Assembly (NCBI GenBank): GCA_016788905.1 | Contig: JAEURZ010000014.1 | Span: 14,707 to 78,706, forward strand | DNA: 64,000 bases | Direction of reading: 5' to 3' | Origin: Elusimicrobiota bacterium | GTDB taxonomy: Bacteria > Elusimicrobiota > Elusimicrobia > FEN-1173 | The notes under the pieces: model-generated | The model's input: only the letters and a program-made list of their open reading frames with translations | Database searches by the model: none | What the model was told of the DNA's origin: nothing | Shown here: positions 11,740-19,787 of the stretch, piece by piece | How positions within the stretch are numbered: position 1 is the stretch's first letter | How the letters are laid out: the number at the start of each line of letters is the position of its first letter | Translations under genes and position numbers: made by a program

Positions 11740-12776
11740 TCTTTTTTGAGCCGTTGGTTGGCCTCCCGCAACTTCAGGAGGGCTTTTGAGTGATGGGGGT
11801 CCGCCGCCAAGGCACGGTTGAAATTCACTACGGCTCGGGCAAAATCTTCTTGCCGCAAATAACCCAATCCCTTTTCATAAAACGCTTCCGCGGGTTTCCC
11901 AAAGTGCCAAACCAGTCCCACATGGTGCGTGTTCCCCAGATCCCCCAGAGGGGCAAACGCGTAATCCAAACGGAGATCTCCCACACGAAACCCCAACCCG
12001 TAAGTAAACGAATCTTCTGTACTCCCATCATACCCCAAACGAAAAAAGGACGAACCGCCGGAGGCGTATTCGATCCCCACCATCGGGCGGAGGTCTTCTC
12101 CGTTGGATTGGACCAGGTCCGCCGCTAGAGTAATTTTTTCATCCCAAACCCCTGTGGCAATCCCAAACCGTAATTCACGCGGCGGGCCTTGCCCGGGGGA
12201 CCAACCCACCCCCAGTCTTCGAACGGAAACTCCCGCGCGGAACCCCTGGAAAAACGTGGGCGCGGGGAGACGAGCCAATAATCCCCCATCAAAAAATGCC
12301 CCTTGAATGGATTGATCGTGAAATTTACGTTCGGTTTGATTCAACGCGATACCCGCCCACACTCGATTTCGAAATCCTCCCGCGCCGGAAATCTGGAACC
12401 AATCTTCGCGTGCGCCAATGTTGCCCAGCGCGTTTCCTGACGAATCCAGCCCCGAGATGGTTCCGTAATCGACACCTGACCACCGGGCGGCCAAGGTTCC
12501 TTTTTCCATGGGAAAGGCAACACCCAAGGAGTCTCTTATTATGGATTCGACCCCCTCGTGGTGGGAAAGGGACACTTCCCCCCGGGCCAACCGCCCCAGA
12601 CCGGCAGGATTCAAAACCCCGGACGCGTGGTCATCCCCCAACGCCGTCCCGGCCCCACCCAGGCCCATGGAACGAACTCCAGGAGAAGCGGAAAGGAATT
12701 CCCATTCTTCTCCCTCTCCTGCCAAAAGGGATAAGGAGAAGAGCACCCCTCCGACAGCGATAACTATTTTTTTCAT
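11718..12776 (-). CDS. Outer-membrane beta-barrel protein of the PorV/FadL-like type with a C-terminal TPR-like tail
   Basis: Signal peptide MKKIVIAVGGVLFSLSLLAG; N-terminal motif GLGGAGTALGDDHASGVLNPAGLG (as in PorV/FadL-family barrels); alternating Gly/aromatic beta-strand pattern; C-terminal YAFAPLGDLGNTHHVGLVWHF then a helical segment. Confidence 0.45.
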   Translation of the reverse strand: MKKIVIAVGGVLFSLSLLAGEGEEWEFLSASPGVRSMGLGGAGTALGDDHASGVLNPAGLGRLARGEVSLSHHEGVESIIRDSLGVAFPMEKGTLAARWSGVDYGTISGLDSSGNALGNIGAREDWFQISGAGGFRNRVWAGIALNQTERKFHDQSIQGAFFDGGLLARLPAPTFFQGFRAGVSVRRLGVGWSPGQGPPRELRFGIATGVWDEKITLAADLVQSNGEDLRPMVGIEYASGGSSFFRLGYDGSTEDSFTYGLGFRVGDLRLDYAFAPLGDLGNTHHVGLVWHFGKPAEAFYEKGLGYLRQEDFARAVVNFNRALAADPHHSKALLKLREANQRLKKEWDDSGR

Positions 12777-14197
12777 CGGATGACCATCAGTTTTCCTTTT
12801 TTAGCCACACCGGGGCTTTGAACATGATAGAGATAGACTCCCGGGACGACGGGTCTTCCCGATGTGTTTTTACCATCCCAGCAGAGAATGCCGTCTCCTC
12901 CCGTTTCTTCCAGCTGTCTCACTTCCCGCCCCGATGCCGTAAAAATTCGAAGCGTGGCCCGCTCGGCTAAGTTTGCGAAAGTGACCTGGGCGTCCGTCCC
13001 CTGGCGAAATGGGTTTGGCGATACACGAAGATCTTGGAGAGAAACGTCTTCCTGGCCCATCACCGACAGCGTCCCGAGTGATTGAACAATCGCCACGACC
13101 TTCCCGTCTTCCACACGAGAAGGGATCTTGTTCCAAAGCCCCGCGTGAAAATCAAGCCGGTAGAAACTGAGCGTGGTTTCCCGAACAAGGCCTGCCCCCG
13201 TTTCGACCCAACCGTCATTCGATGCGAAGTCGTAGCTCAGGGTCGCGGGGGCATGAAGATTTTCGTCCAAATGGGCGGGGCAGGCGCGGCTGGATTGGAT
13301 TTCCGCTAACCCATTCGGAAGGGGGCGACGTCGGACATCCCCGGTTCCCAGTATTTTATGATTGGCATCTAATATTTTTTCTGGAAGTGTCGGCGATTGA
13401 AGTGGATTCTCCAGGGGGGCGGCGTTGAAGGTCATGGTGTCTTCCGATGAAATATCCAATGGGGAGAGAGAGAGCTCCCAACGATTGTTTCCCCACAAAT
13501 AATTCGTTTGAGGAGGGCTGTCCGAAAGGGTGCGGGTTGATCCGAGAACGTGGAACGGGGTGGGAATCCCCTCCCGATTGAGGGCTCGAACACGTGCGTA
13601 GTATAATGTTCCCGGTGAAAGACACCCAATTTTTTTCGCTATTAAATTTCCGTATTCGGACGAAATAGATTCAACGAGGGGCTCATCAAAACCAGCCTTT
13701 TCCGAAAATTGGATTTGATAGTTTGTTCCAATGGGATTAATTTGCCCACTAACCCCGGTGGACCACCAAGCCACAGTAATGCTTCGACTCTGAACATTTT
13801 GAAATGGGATCGACCACGAATCGGAGGGAGGCGCCGCCAAAGAAGCAAAACTCCACCGTTGAAGCAATTCACTCGCGTTTTCAATCCAAAAAACATCCAC
13901 GCGATTTTCGGCGTTTAAAAAGAAATTTCCTATTTCCAATTGACCCTCTGTCCCGAGTGGGGCAAAAGTATAAACGCCCTGTACATTTTGTTCTGCATCG
14001 ATAATGCTAAAACGCAAATGATCACCAACGCCACAACTGTTATTCGTCCAATGGAGGGTCACTTTGGTGTAATCGTTTTGCGTCGCATAAAAATCTGACG
14101 CGCAGGGGAAAATGTCAATCGCTCCCAACATCAAACAAGAATAAAGGACAATAGATTTCACAATTTGAATTCTATCCCCAAAAATCTCTTTTAACAA
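12773..14197 (-). CDS. Secreted fibronectin-III-repeat protein with C-terminal T9SS-type / FlgD-Ig-like sorting domain
   Basis: FN3-like segments (YTKVTLHWTNNS, ITVAWWSTG...GTLYYARVRALN); C-terminus VSPNPF...ATLRIFTASGREVRQL...CWDGKNTSGRPVVPGVYLYHVQS...KGKLMVIR matches the Por-secretion-tail / FlgD-Ig consensus; N-terminal hydrophobic signal. Confidence 0.55.
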   Translation of the reverse strand: MLKEIFGDRIQIVKSIVLYSCLMLGAIDIFPCASDFYATQNDYTKVTLHWTNNSCGVGDHLRFSIIDAEQNVQGVYTFAPLGTEGQLEIGNFFLNAENRVDVFWIENASELLQRWSFASLAAPPSDSWSIPFQNVQSRSITVAWWSTGVSGQINPIGTNYQIQFSEKAGFDEPLVESISSEYGNLIAKKIGCLSPGTLYYARVRALNREGIPTPFHVLGSTRTLSDSPPQTNYLWGNNRWELSLSPLDISSEDTMTFNAAPLENPLQSPTLPEKILDANHKILGTGDVRRRPLPNGLAEIQSSRACPAHLDENLHAPATLSYDFASNDGWVETGAGLVRETTLSFYRLDFHAGLWNKIPSRVEDGKVVAIVQSLGTLSVMGQEDVSLQDLRVSPNPFRQGTDAQVTFANLAERATLRIFTASGREVRQLEETGGDGILCWDGKNTSGRPVVPGVYLYHVQSPGVAKKGKLMVIR

Positions 14198-14251
14198 CCC
14201 TTTTTGCTTTCGTTTAGGGAAGGGAGTAAAACCAGGACGAATGGATTGGAT

Positions 14252-15679
14252 TTACCGCTTGATTTGTTTAAGGACGTTGCCTTTGGGGTCCGTGATTTCG
14301 AGGAGGAGAGGCATGGAGCCTACGGCGTGGGTGGAACAGGAGAGACAGGGGTCGTAACAACGGATGGCACCTTCCACACGGTTCAGGGCGCCCTCCTTCA
14401 CATCGGCGCCGTTCACGTAGGTTTTGGCCACTTCCAAAACAGCTTGGTTCATGGACGGGTTATTTTGTCCCGTGGCGATCAGCAAATTGACGCTGGTGAG
14501 GATCCCGTTGGGGTCCACCTTGTAGTGGTGGAAGAGGGTTCCCCGGGGAGCTTCTGAACACCCCACCCCTTCGGACCGGTTTCGGCCCGCTTCGGAGCGG
14601 ATCTCTGTGGACATCACCCGGGGATCATTCAAAATCATCTCGACCAGTTCAACGGAACTCATCATTTCGATGATCCGCGCGTGATGGAAAGCGAAAGACC
14701 CAGAGACCGGCCGACCACCCGCAATGGAACGGAAATCTAAAAATTCTTTTTGCGCGTGCGGGGTCGGCATGCGGGTCGCCGCGTTCAACCGGGCCAGGGG
14801 CCCCACGCGATAGATCCCGCCGGGGTATCCCAAGGGTTTAAAGTAGGGCGCTTTTAAATAGGAATATTCCAACGGCCGTTCCGCAATAAATTCCGCGAAA
14901 CGGGCCGGATCCACCTGATCCGCCACGATGTTGCCCACAGCGTCCACCCACCGAAGTTTTCCATCATAAAGTTCGTGGGTCCCGTCCGGAAGAACCGTGC
15001 CTAAGTAAAGAGTGTCGAACCGGGCGAAGGCCTCCATTTCTTTCCGGTTGGCCTCCCAATATTTTTTGTAGAGCGCCAAAGCCACTCGAACGCTTTCCAT
15101 GGCTTCCGGAATCCAGGCCAAAAGCGCCAGTCGGTTTTCTTCGGTCAGGGCCTGGGTCACGCCCCCAGGAACAATGGCTCCGTTGTGGATCTTTTTCCCC
15201 GACAACCGGGAGGAGAGTTCCTGCCCGAATTTACGAAGCCGGATCCCCCGGCGTGCCACGTCCGGAAATTTTTCGGCGATATGCATGATATTGCGCGTCG
15301 TGGGGTCCGCGTCCCAACCCAAAAGGAAATCCGGCGACGACAAATGGAAAAAGCTGAGCGCGTGAGAACTGAACATCTGGCCCAAGTGCATGAGTCGGCG
15401 CAGAAGTGTCGCCGTGGGAGGGACCTCCACCGCCATAATATCTTCGCAGGCCTTGGCGCTGGCCACCGCGTGGCTCACGGGACAAATTCCACAAATCCGT
15501 GGTGTGATGATGGGCATTTCCGTGAAGTGCCTTCCTTCACAAAACTTTTCAAACCCGCGGAACTCTTCCACATGAAACCGAGCGTCCGCCACTTTCCCGT
15601 CATTTCCTAACATCAACGTGATTTTGGCGTGGCCTTCCACGCGGGTCACGGGATGAATCACAATTGTCTTGTCAGCCAT
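14252..15679 (-). CDS. hoxH: [NiFe]-hydrogenase large subunit, NAD-coupled (bidirectional) type HoxH
   Basis: N-terminal RICGICPVSH and C-terminal DPCLSCSTHAVG Ni-binding Cys motifs; 475 aa. Confidence 0.85.
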   Translation of the reverse strand: MADKTIVIHPVTRVEGHAKITLMLGNDGKVADARFHVEEFRGFEKFCEGRHFTEMPIITPRICGICPVSHAVASAKACEDIMAVEVPPTATLLRRLMHLGQMFSSHALSFFHLSSPDFLLGWDADPTTRNIMHIAEKFPDVARRGIRLRKFGQELSSRLSGKKIHNGAIVPGGVTQALTEENRLALLAWIPEAMESVRVALALYKKYWEANRKEMEAFARFDTLYLGTVLPDGTHELYDGKLRWVDAVGNIVADQVDPARFAEFIAERPLEYSYLKAPYFKPLGYPGGIYRVGPLARLNAATRMPTPHAQKEFLDFRSIAGGRPVSGSFAFHHARIIEMMSSVELVEMILNDPRVMSTEIRSEAGRNRSEGVGCSEAPRGTLFHHYKVDPNGILTSVNLLIATGQNNPSMNQAVLEVAKTYVNGADVKEGALNRVEGAIRCYDPCLSCSTHAVGSMPLLLEITDPKGNVLKQIKR

Positions 15680-16208
15680 TTTTTAAAGCCCCCGGGGGAA
15701 TGACCAACGGCTGGCCCTCCAGTAACGCCTTCAGTGCGGCAAAGATCAACTCAGGAGCGGGCGGGCACCCCGGCACATGTACATCCACCTTCACGTAACT
15801 GGCCAAGGGACAGGCGCGCGGAAGAAGGGTCGGAATGTCCACCGTCGGCATCGCCCCCTGTCCATCGTTCGTCACGATTTTATTGTAGGCGTGATCCAAC
15901 ATGGCCGCGGGGCCCAAAAGGTTCCGAAGGGCCGTCACGTTTCCTGTGACAGCACAATCTCCCAGCGCCACCACAACCTTAGAACGTTCCCTGATTTTCA
16001 GGATTTGCGCCCTGTCTTGATCTGTCGACACACATCCTTCCACCACCGCCACGTCGACGCCTTCCGGAAACTCTTTCGTGTCCACAAGGGGGCTTTTCAC
16101 CAGCGCCATGAGGGGCGCTAATTCTAAAAGTCCTTCGTCAATATCCAAAAGAGACATATGACAACCGGAACACCCACCCAGCCAAACGGTAGCGACGCGT
16201 TTTTTCAT
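15672..16208 (-). CDS. hoxY: [NiFe]-hydrogenase small subunit HoxY (NuoB-like)
   Basis: MKKRVATVWLGGCSGCHMSLLD proximal-cluster Cys motif and GCPP motif; 178 aa. Confidence 0.85.
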   Translation of the reverse strand: MKKRVATVWLGGCSGCHMSLLDIDEGLLELAPLMALVKSPLVDTKEFPEGVDVAVVEGCVSTDQDRAQILKIRERSKVVVALGDCAVTGNVTALRNLLGPAAMLDHAYNKIVTNDGQGAMPTVDIPTLLPRACPLASYVKVDVHVPGCPPAPELIFAALKALLEGQPLVIPPGALKNG

Positions 16209-16909
16209 GGGCGTTTTTCTCGTCGCGCGGCTAACGTTCCAGCCACGCTAGGATCTTTTTTTAATTCTCCCGGAACAGCCCCTTTTTTCCAGAGAGCGCC
16301 TGTAGGGCACAACTGAACACATTTTCCACAACTCGTGCAATCAGTGGATTCGGCCCAGGGACGATTAAAGTCCGCAAACAACCGACTTTGAACCCCTCGC
16401 CCCATGATGTCCCACACATGAGCCGTTTCAATTTCGTCGCACACGCGCACACAGCGCGTGCACAGGATGCACCGGTTCTGATCTAAAATAAAATCTTTGT
16501 GGGACGCGTCCACCCCCACCGCCGGTTGCAAGAACGGATAGCGAAAATGGTCGATCCCTGTTTTTACCGCCAGCGTCTGAAGTTCGCAGTGGTTATTGGC
16601 CACACACACACCGCACATGTGGTTCCGTTCGGAAAAAAAGAGTTCCAAAATCATTCGGCGGTAGGTGCTCAATTGATCTGAACTGGTACGAACTTTTTGA
16701 TAGGGCATCGCGGGTGTCGTACAGGCGGGGAGCAATTTCGTTGTTCCTTCAATCTCCAACAGGCACAACCGGCAGGCTCCCACTTCCGTCAAACCGTCCA
16801 CAGCGCAAAGGGTAGGGAGAAATACTTTTTCGCGGCGGCAAACATCCAACAAGGTCTCTTTGGGTTCGGCCGAAACTTCACGACCGTCAATTGTAATAGT
16901 AAAACTCAT
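16205..16909 (-). CDS. hoxU: Diaphorase iron-sulfur subunit HoxU (NuoG N-terminal-like, 2Fe-2S plus 4Fe-4S)
   Basis: MSFTITIDGREV...LCAVDGL...CRLC 2Fe-2S ferredoxin fold, then CxxCxxCxxxCP 4Fe-4S motifs; start taken at MSFTI (RBS upstream) rather than the ORF start at 16969. Confidence 0.8.
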   Translation of the reverse strand: MSFTITIDGREVSAEPKETLLDVCRREKVFLPTLCAVDGLTEVGACRLCLLEIEGTTKLLPACTTPAMPYQKVRTSSDQLSTYRRMILELFFSERNHMCGVCVANNHCELQTLAVKTGIDHFRYPFLQPAVGVDASHKDFILDQNRCILCTRCVRVCDEIETAHVWDIMGRGVQSRLFADFNRPWAESTDCTSCGKCVQLCPTGALWKKGAVPGELKKDPSVAGTLAARREKRP

Positions 16910-16994
16910 GGGTTCAGACCTCGTGTCCGAAGGCCAAAAGATTCGATCCCTCTCCCACCCCTCTCCCAAGAGGAGAGGGAAATCACGTTAAGGT

Positions 16995-18656
16995 TCATCG
17001 GACCGCTCCCACACTGTCCATGTGACAGACACCCGCGGGACATTGATGGTCTCGGATGTGGGCCGTGTATTCATCTCGGAAATACCGCAACGTTGAAAGG
17101 AGAGGATTGGGGGCGGTCATTCCGAGCCCACAAAGACTTGTGGCTTTCACCATGGGGGCCAACTCTTCCAACAGATCGAGATCCCCGGGAACCGCGCGTC
17201 CCGCGCAAATTTTATCCAGCAGGTCGTGCATATGTTTGGTCCCCACGCGACACGGGACACATTTGCCACAACTTTCGTCCATGCAAAATTCCATAAAGAA
17301 CCGGGCCACGTCCACCATGCAGGACGTATCGTCCATAACGATGAACCCACCCGATCCCATAATGGAGCCCAAAACCTGGAGAGATTCGTAGTCCACCCGG
17401 GTGTCCAAGTGCGCTTCGGGGATGCACCCACCGGAAGGACCACCGGTCTGGACAGCCTTGAAACGCCTTCCTGCGGGAATACCGCCCCCAATATCAAAAA
17501 TGATTTCCCGGAGCGTGATCCCCATGGGGACTTCGATCAACCCGGTGTTTCGGATTTTCCCCGCCAACGCAAAAACTTTCGTTCCGGAATTTTTTTGGGT
17601 CCCTATCTTCGAAAACCATTCGCCGCCTTTGGCGAGGATCGGAGCGATGTTGGCAAAGGTTTCCACGTTATTGATGAGAGTGGGTTTTTCCCAGAGGCCC
17701 GATTCCGCGGGATAGGGGGGCCGAGGCCGCGGTTGCCCGCGCCGCCCTTCGATGGAAGCGATCAGGGCCGTTTCCTCCCCACAAACGAACGCCCCCGCTC
17801 CGATCCGAATTTCCACGTCAAACGAAAAACTGGTTCGAAATATTTCACGGCCCAACAGTCCTTCCCGCCGTGCCGTTTTGATCGCCTGTTCCAAGCGTTT
17901 GATGGCCAACGGGTATTCAGCGCGCACGTAGAGAAAGCCCTTGTTGGCCCCTACCGCGTAGCCCGCGATCGCCATCCCCTCCAAAACCCGATGGGGGTCC
18001 CCTTCTAAAACACTCCGGTCCATAAACGCACCGGGATCGCCTTCATCGGCATTACAAATCACGTATTTTTGGTTGTTGACCATCTTGGCCACAGTCTCCC
18101 ACTTGAGACCGGTGGGATAACCTGCTCCGCCACGTCCGCGAAGACCGGACTTCTTCATTTCCGCCACCACGGCTTCCGGCGTCATTTCACTCAACAGGGT
18201 GTGAAGCGCCCGATACCCGCCGACGGCAATATATTCCTCTATGCTCTCCGGATTGATGCGACCACAATTCTCCAAGACGATCTTCTGTTGTTTTTGGAAA
18301 AAGTGAGCGTCGGGGGCGTCAGGTTCCCGGGGGGAATAGAGTTTATGCTTGGGTGAAACGGCCTTCCCACCCGTGATTTGTTCGAGTACAGCCCCCGCCT
18401 CCGCGGCGGAAATCCCCTGCAACAAAATATCGTCGTTGGCGAGCTGGACCAAAGGCCCTTTCTGACAGGCCCCCATACAACCGGAGGGGACCACCTCCAC
18501 TTGGGTTTCCAAACCGCGCTCTTTTACCAGCTTTTGCAACGTGGAAAGGGTTTCCCCGCTTCCGCAGGAAAAACACCCGGCCCCAGCGCACACCAGGAGA
18601 CGGCGCCTCTGCCCCATCTGGGCTTTAGCGTGGGCCGCTGTTTTCTCAAGATCCAC
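16995..18656 (-). CDS. hoxF: Diaphorase NAD(H)/FMN-binding subunit HoxF (NuoF-like with N-terminal thioredoxin-like 2Fe-2S domain)
   Basis: [26 protein letters not shown] site, C-terminal CxxCxxCxxxC cluster, N-terminal CxxxxC...CxxxC 2Fe-2S domain; 553 aa. Confidence 0.85.
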   Translation of the reverse strand: MDLEKTAAHAKAQMGQRRRLLVCAGAGCFSCGSGETLSTLQKLVKERGLETQVEVVPSGCMGACQKGPLVQLANDDILLQGISAAEAGAVLEQITGGKAVSPKHKLYSPREPDAPDAHFFQKQQKIVLENCGRINPESIEEYIAVGGYRALHTLLSEMTPEAVVAEMKKSGLRGRGGAGYPTGLKWETVAKMVNNQKYVICNADEGDPGAFMDRSVLEGDPHRVLEGMAIAGYAVGANKGFLYVRAEYPLAIKRLEQAIKTARREGLLGREIFRTSFSFDVEIRIGAGAFVCGEETALIASIEGRRGQPRPRPPYPAESGLWEKPTLINNVETFANIAPILAKGGEWFSKIGTQKNSGTKVFALAGKIRNTGLIEVPMGITLREIIFDIGGGIPAGRRFKAVQTGGPSGGCIPEAHLDTRVDYESLQVLGSIMGSGGFIVMDDTSCMVDVARFFMEFCMDESCGKCVPCRVGTKHMHDLLDKICAGRAVPGDLDLLEELAPMVKATSLCGLGMTAPNPLLSTLRYFRDEYTAHIRDHQCPAGVCHMDSVGAVR

Positions 18657-19134
18657 GGAGTTTCTCCTGAACCGCTCCAGAAATGGTCGAGGGGTCCACC
18701 CGCGCTAAAATTTCCTCATCATAGACGACCGCTGGCGCGAGGCCGCACGCTCCCAAACATCGGGCTTGGGCCAACCCCAATTTTCCGTCGGGAGTGACGT
18801 CCCCAGGTTTTAAACCAAACGTTTTTTGCAACTGATCCAAAATTTTTCCGGCACCCTTCACGTAACACGCCGTCCCCATACAGACCAGACACTGGTGATC
18901 CCCACGAGCTTTCAGGGAGAAGTAATGGTAGAAGGTTGACACCCCATACACACGGCTGGCGGGCACGCGCAACTCTTTGGCCACCATCCGCAACACGGGC
19001 TCGGGCAAATACCCAAATATTTCTTGAACAATATGAAGGATTTGGATCAGCGCGTCGGGGCGCCGATCGTAAAGTTTCATCTCCCGTGCCACACGTTTGA
19101 CCCGGGGATCGTCAGGCGTAACTGGACCGCTCAT
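18646..19134 (-). CDS. hoxE: Diaphorase 2Fe-2S subunit HoxE (NuoE-like)
   Basis: [13 protein letters not shown]...[16 protein letters not shown] thioredoxin-like [2Fe-2S] motifs; 162 aa. Confidence 0.85.
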   Translation of the reverse strand: MSGPVTPDDPRVKRVAREMKLYDRRPDALIQILHIVQEIFGYLPEPVLRMVAKELRVPASRVYGVSTFYHYFSLKARGDHQCLVCMGTACYVKGAGKILDQLQKTFGLKPGDVTPDGKLGLAQARCLGACGLAPAVVYDEEILARVDPSTISGAVQEKLRGS

Positions 19135-19193
19135 GGGTTGTTATTCTACGTTCAAAACAAGTCAGAAACCATGATGAGCGTCATGTTTTTATT

Positions 19194-19787
19194 TTATGGG
19201 ATTCGATTCAGAAAACCTTCATCTTTAAGGTGACGCACCACCGCCTGGGCGGCCACGCGGGCGGGACGGGTGGTCCATTCATCTTTGTCCGTTCGCAGTG
19301 TCCCGTGAGCGGTCCACACCAGCCGGGTCGTCACGGCGTCATAGAGCCGAGCGCACCCGTTCGCATACCGTTGACCCCCAGGCCCTTGGGATTGAACAGT
19401 GGTCTGGGCCAAGGGGTTCTCTTTGGGGAGAGGCGCGAACGCTTCGGCCAATGTTCCCGGATGGGATTCCCCCCAGTGAACCATCGAGTGATGGTCCACC
19501 ACCAACACAGAATCGTACCCCAATTGGGCCGCCCGCGTTGGATTTCCCATGGCAAATTCCGTCACGTCCAGGCCCCGTCCGGGGTCCGACTGGGTTTCCC
19601 GAAACGCTTCCCGAAACGCCGTTTCGACACGTGATTTTGTGTCTCGGTCACCACGGAGATACACCACTAAGGTTCGATGATAAGGCCCCGAGGGGACAAC
19701 TCCTTCTTTTTTCGTTTCCAACCGCAACCCCACACAGCCGGTCAAAAGGATCGCCAACGTTAAACTTCTTAGGATTTTAGAGTCCAT
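19194..19787 (-). CDS. Hypothetical lipoprotein (~197 aa from the internal Met with lipobox LLTGC)
   Basis: MDSKILRSLTLAILLTGCVGL lipoprotein signal; ORF part upstream of that Met overlaps the ppsA 3' end and is likely non-coding. Confidence 0.5.
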   Translation of the reverse strand: MDSKILRSLTLAILLTGCVGLRLETKKEGVVPSGPYHRTLVVYLRGDRDTKSRVETAFREAFRETQSDPGRGLDVTEFAMGNPTRAAQLGYDSVLVVDHHSMVHWGESHPGTLAEAFAPLPKENPLAQTTVQSQGPGGQRYANGCARLYDAVTTRLVWTAHGTLRTDKDEWTTRPARVAAQAVVRHLKDEGFLNRIP

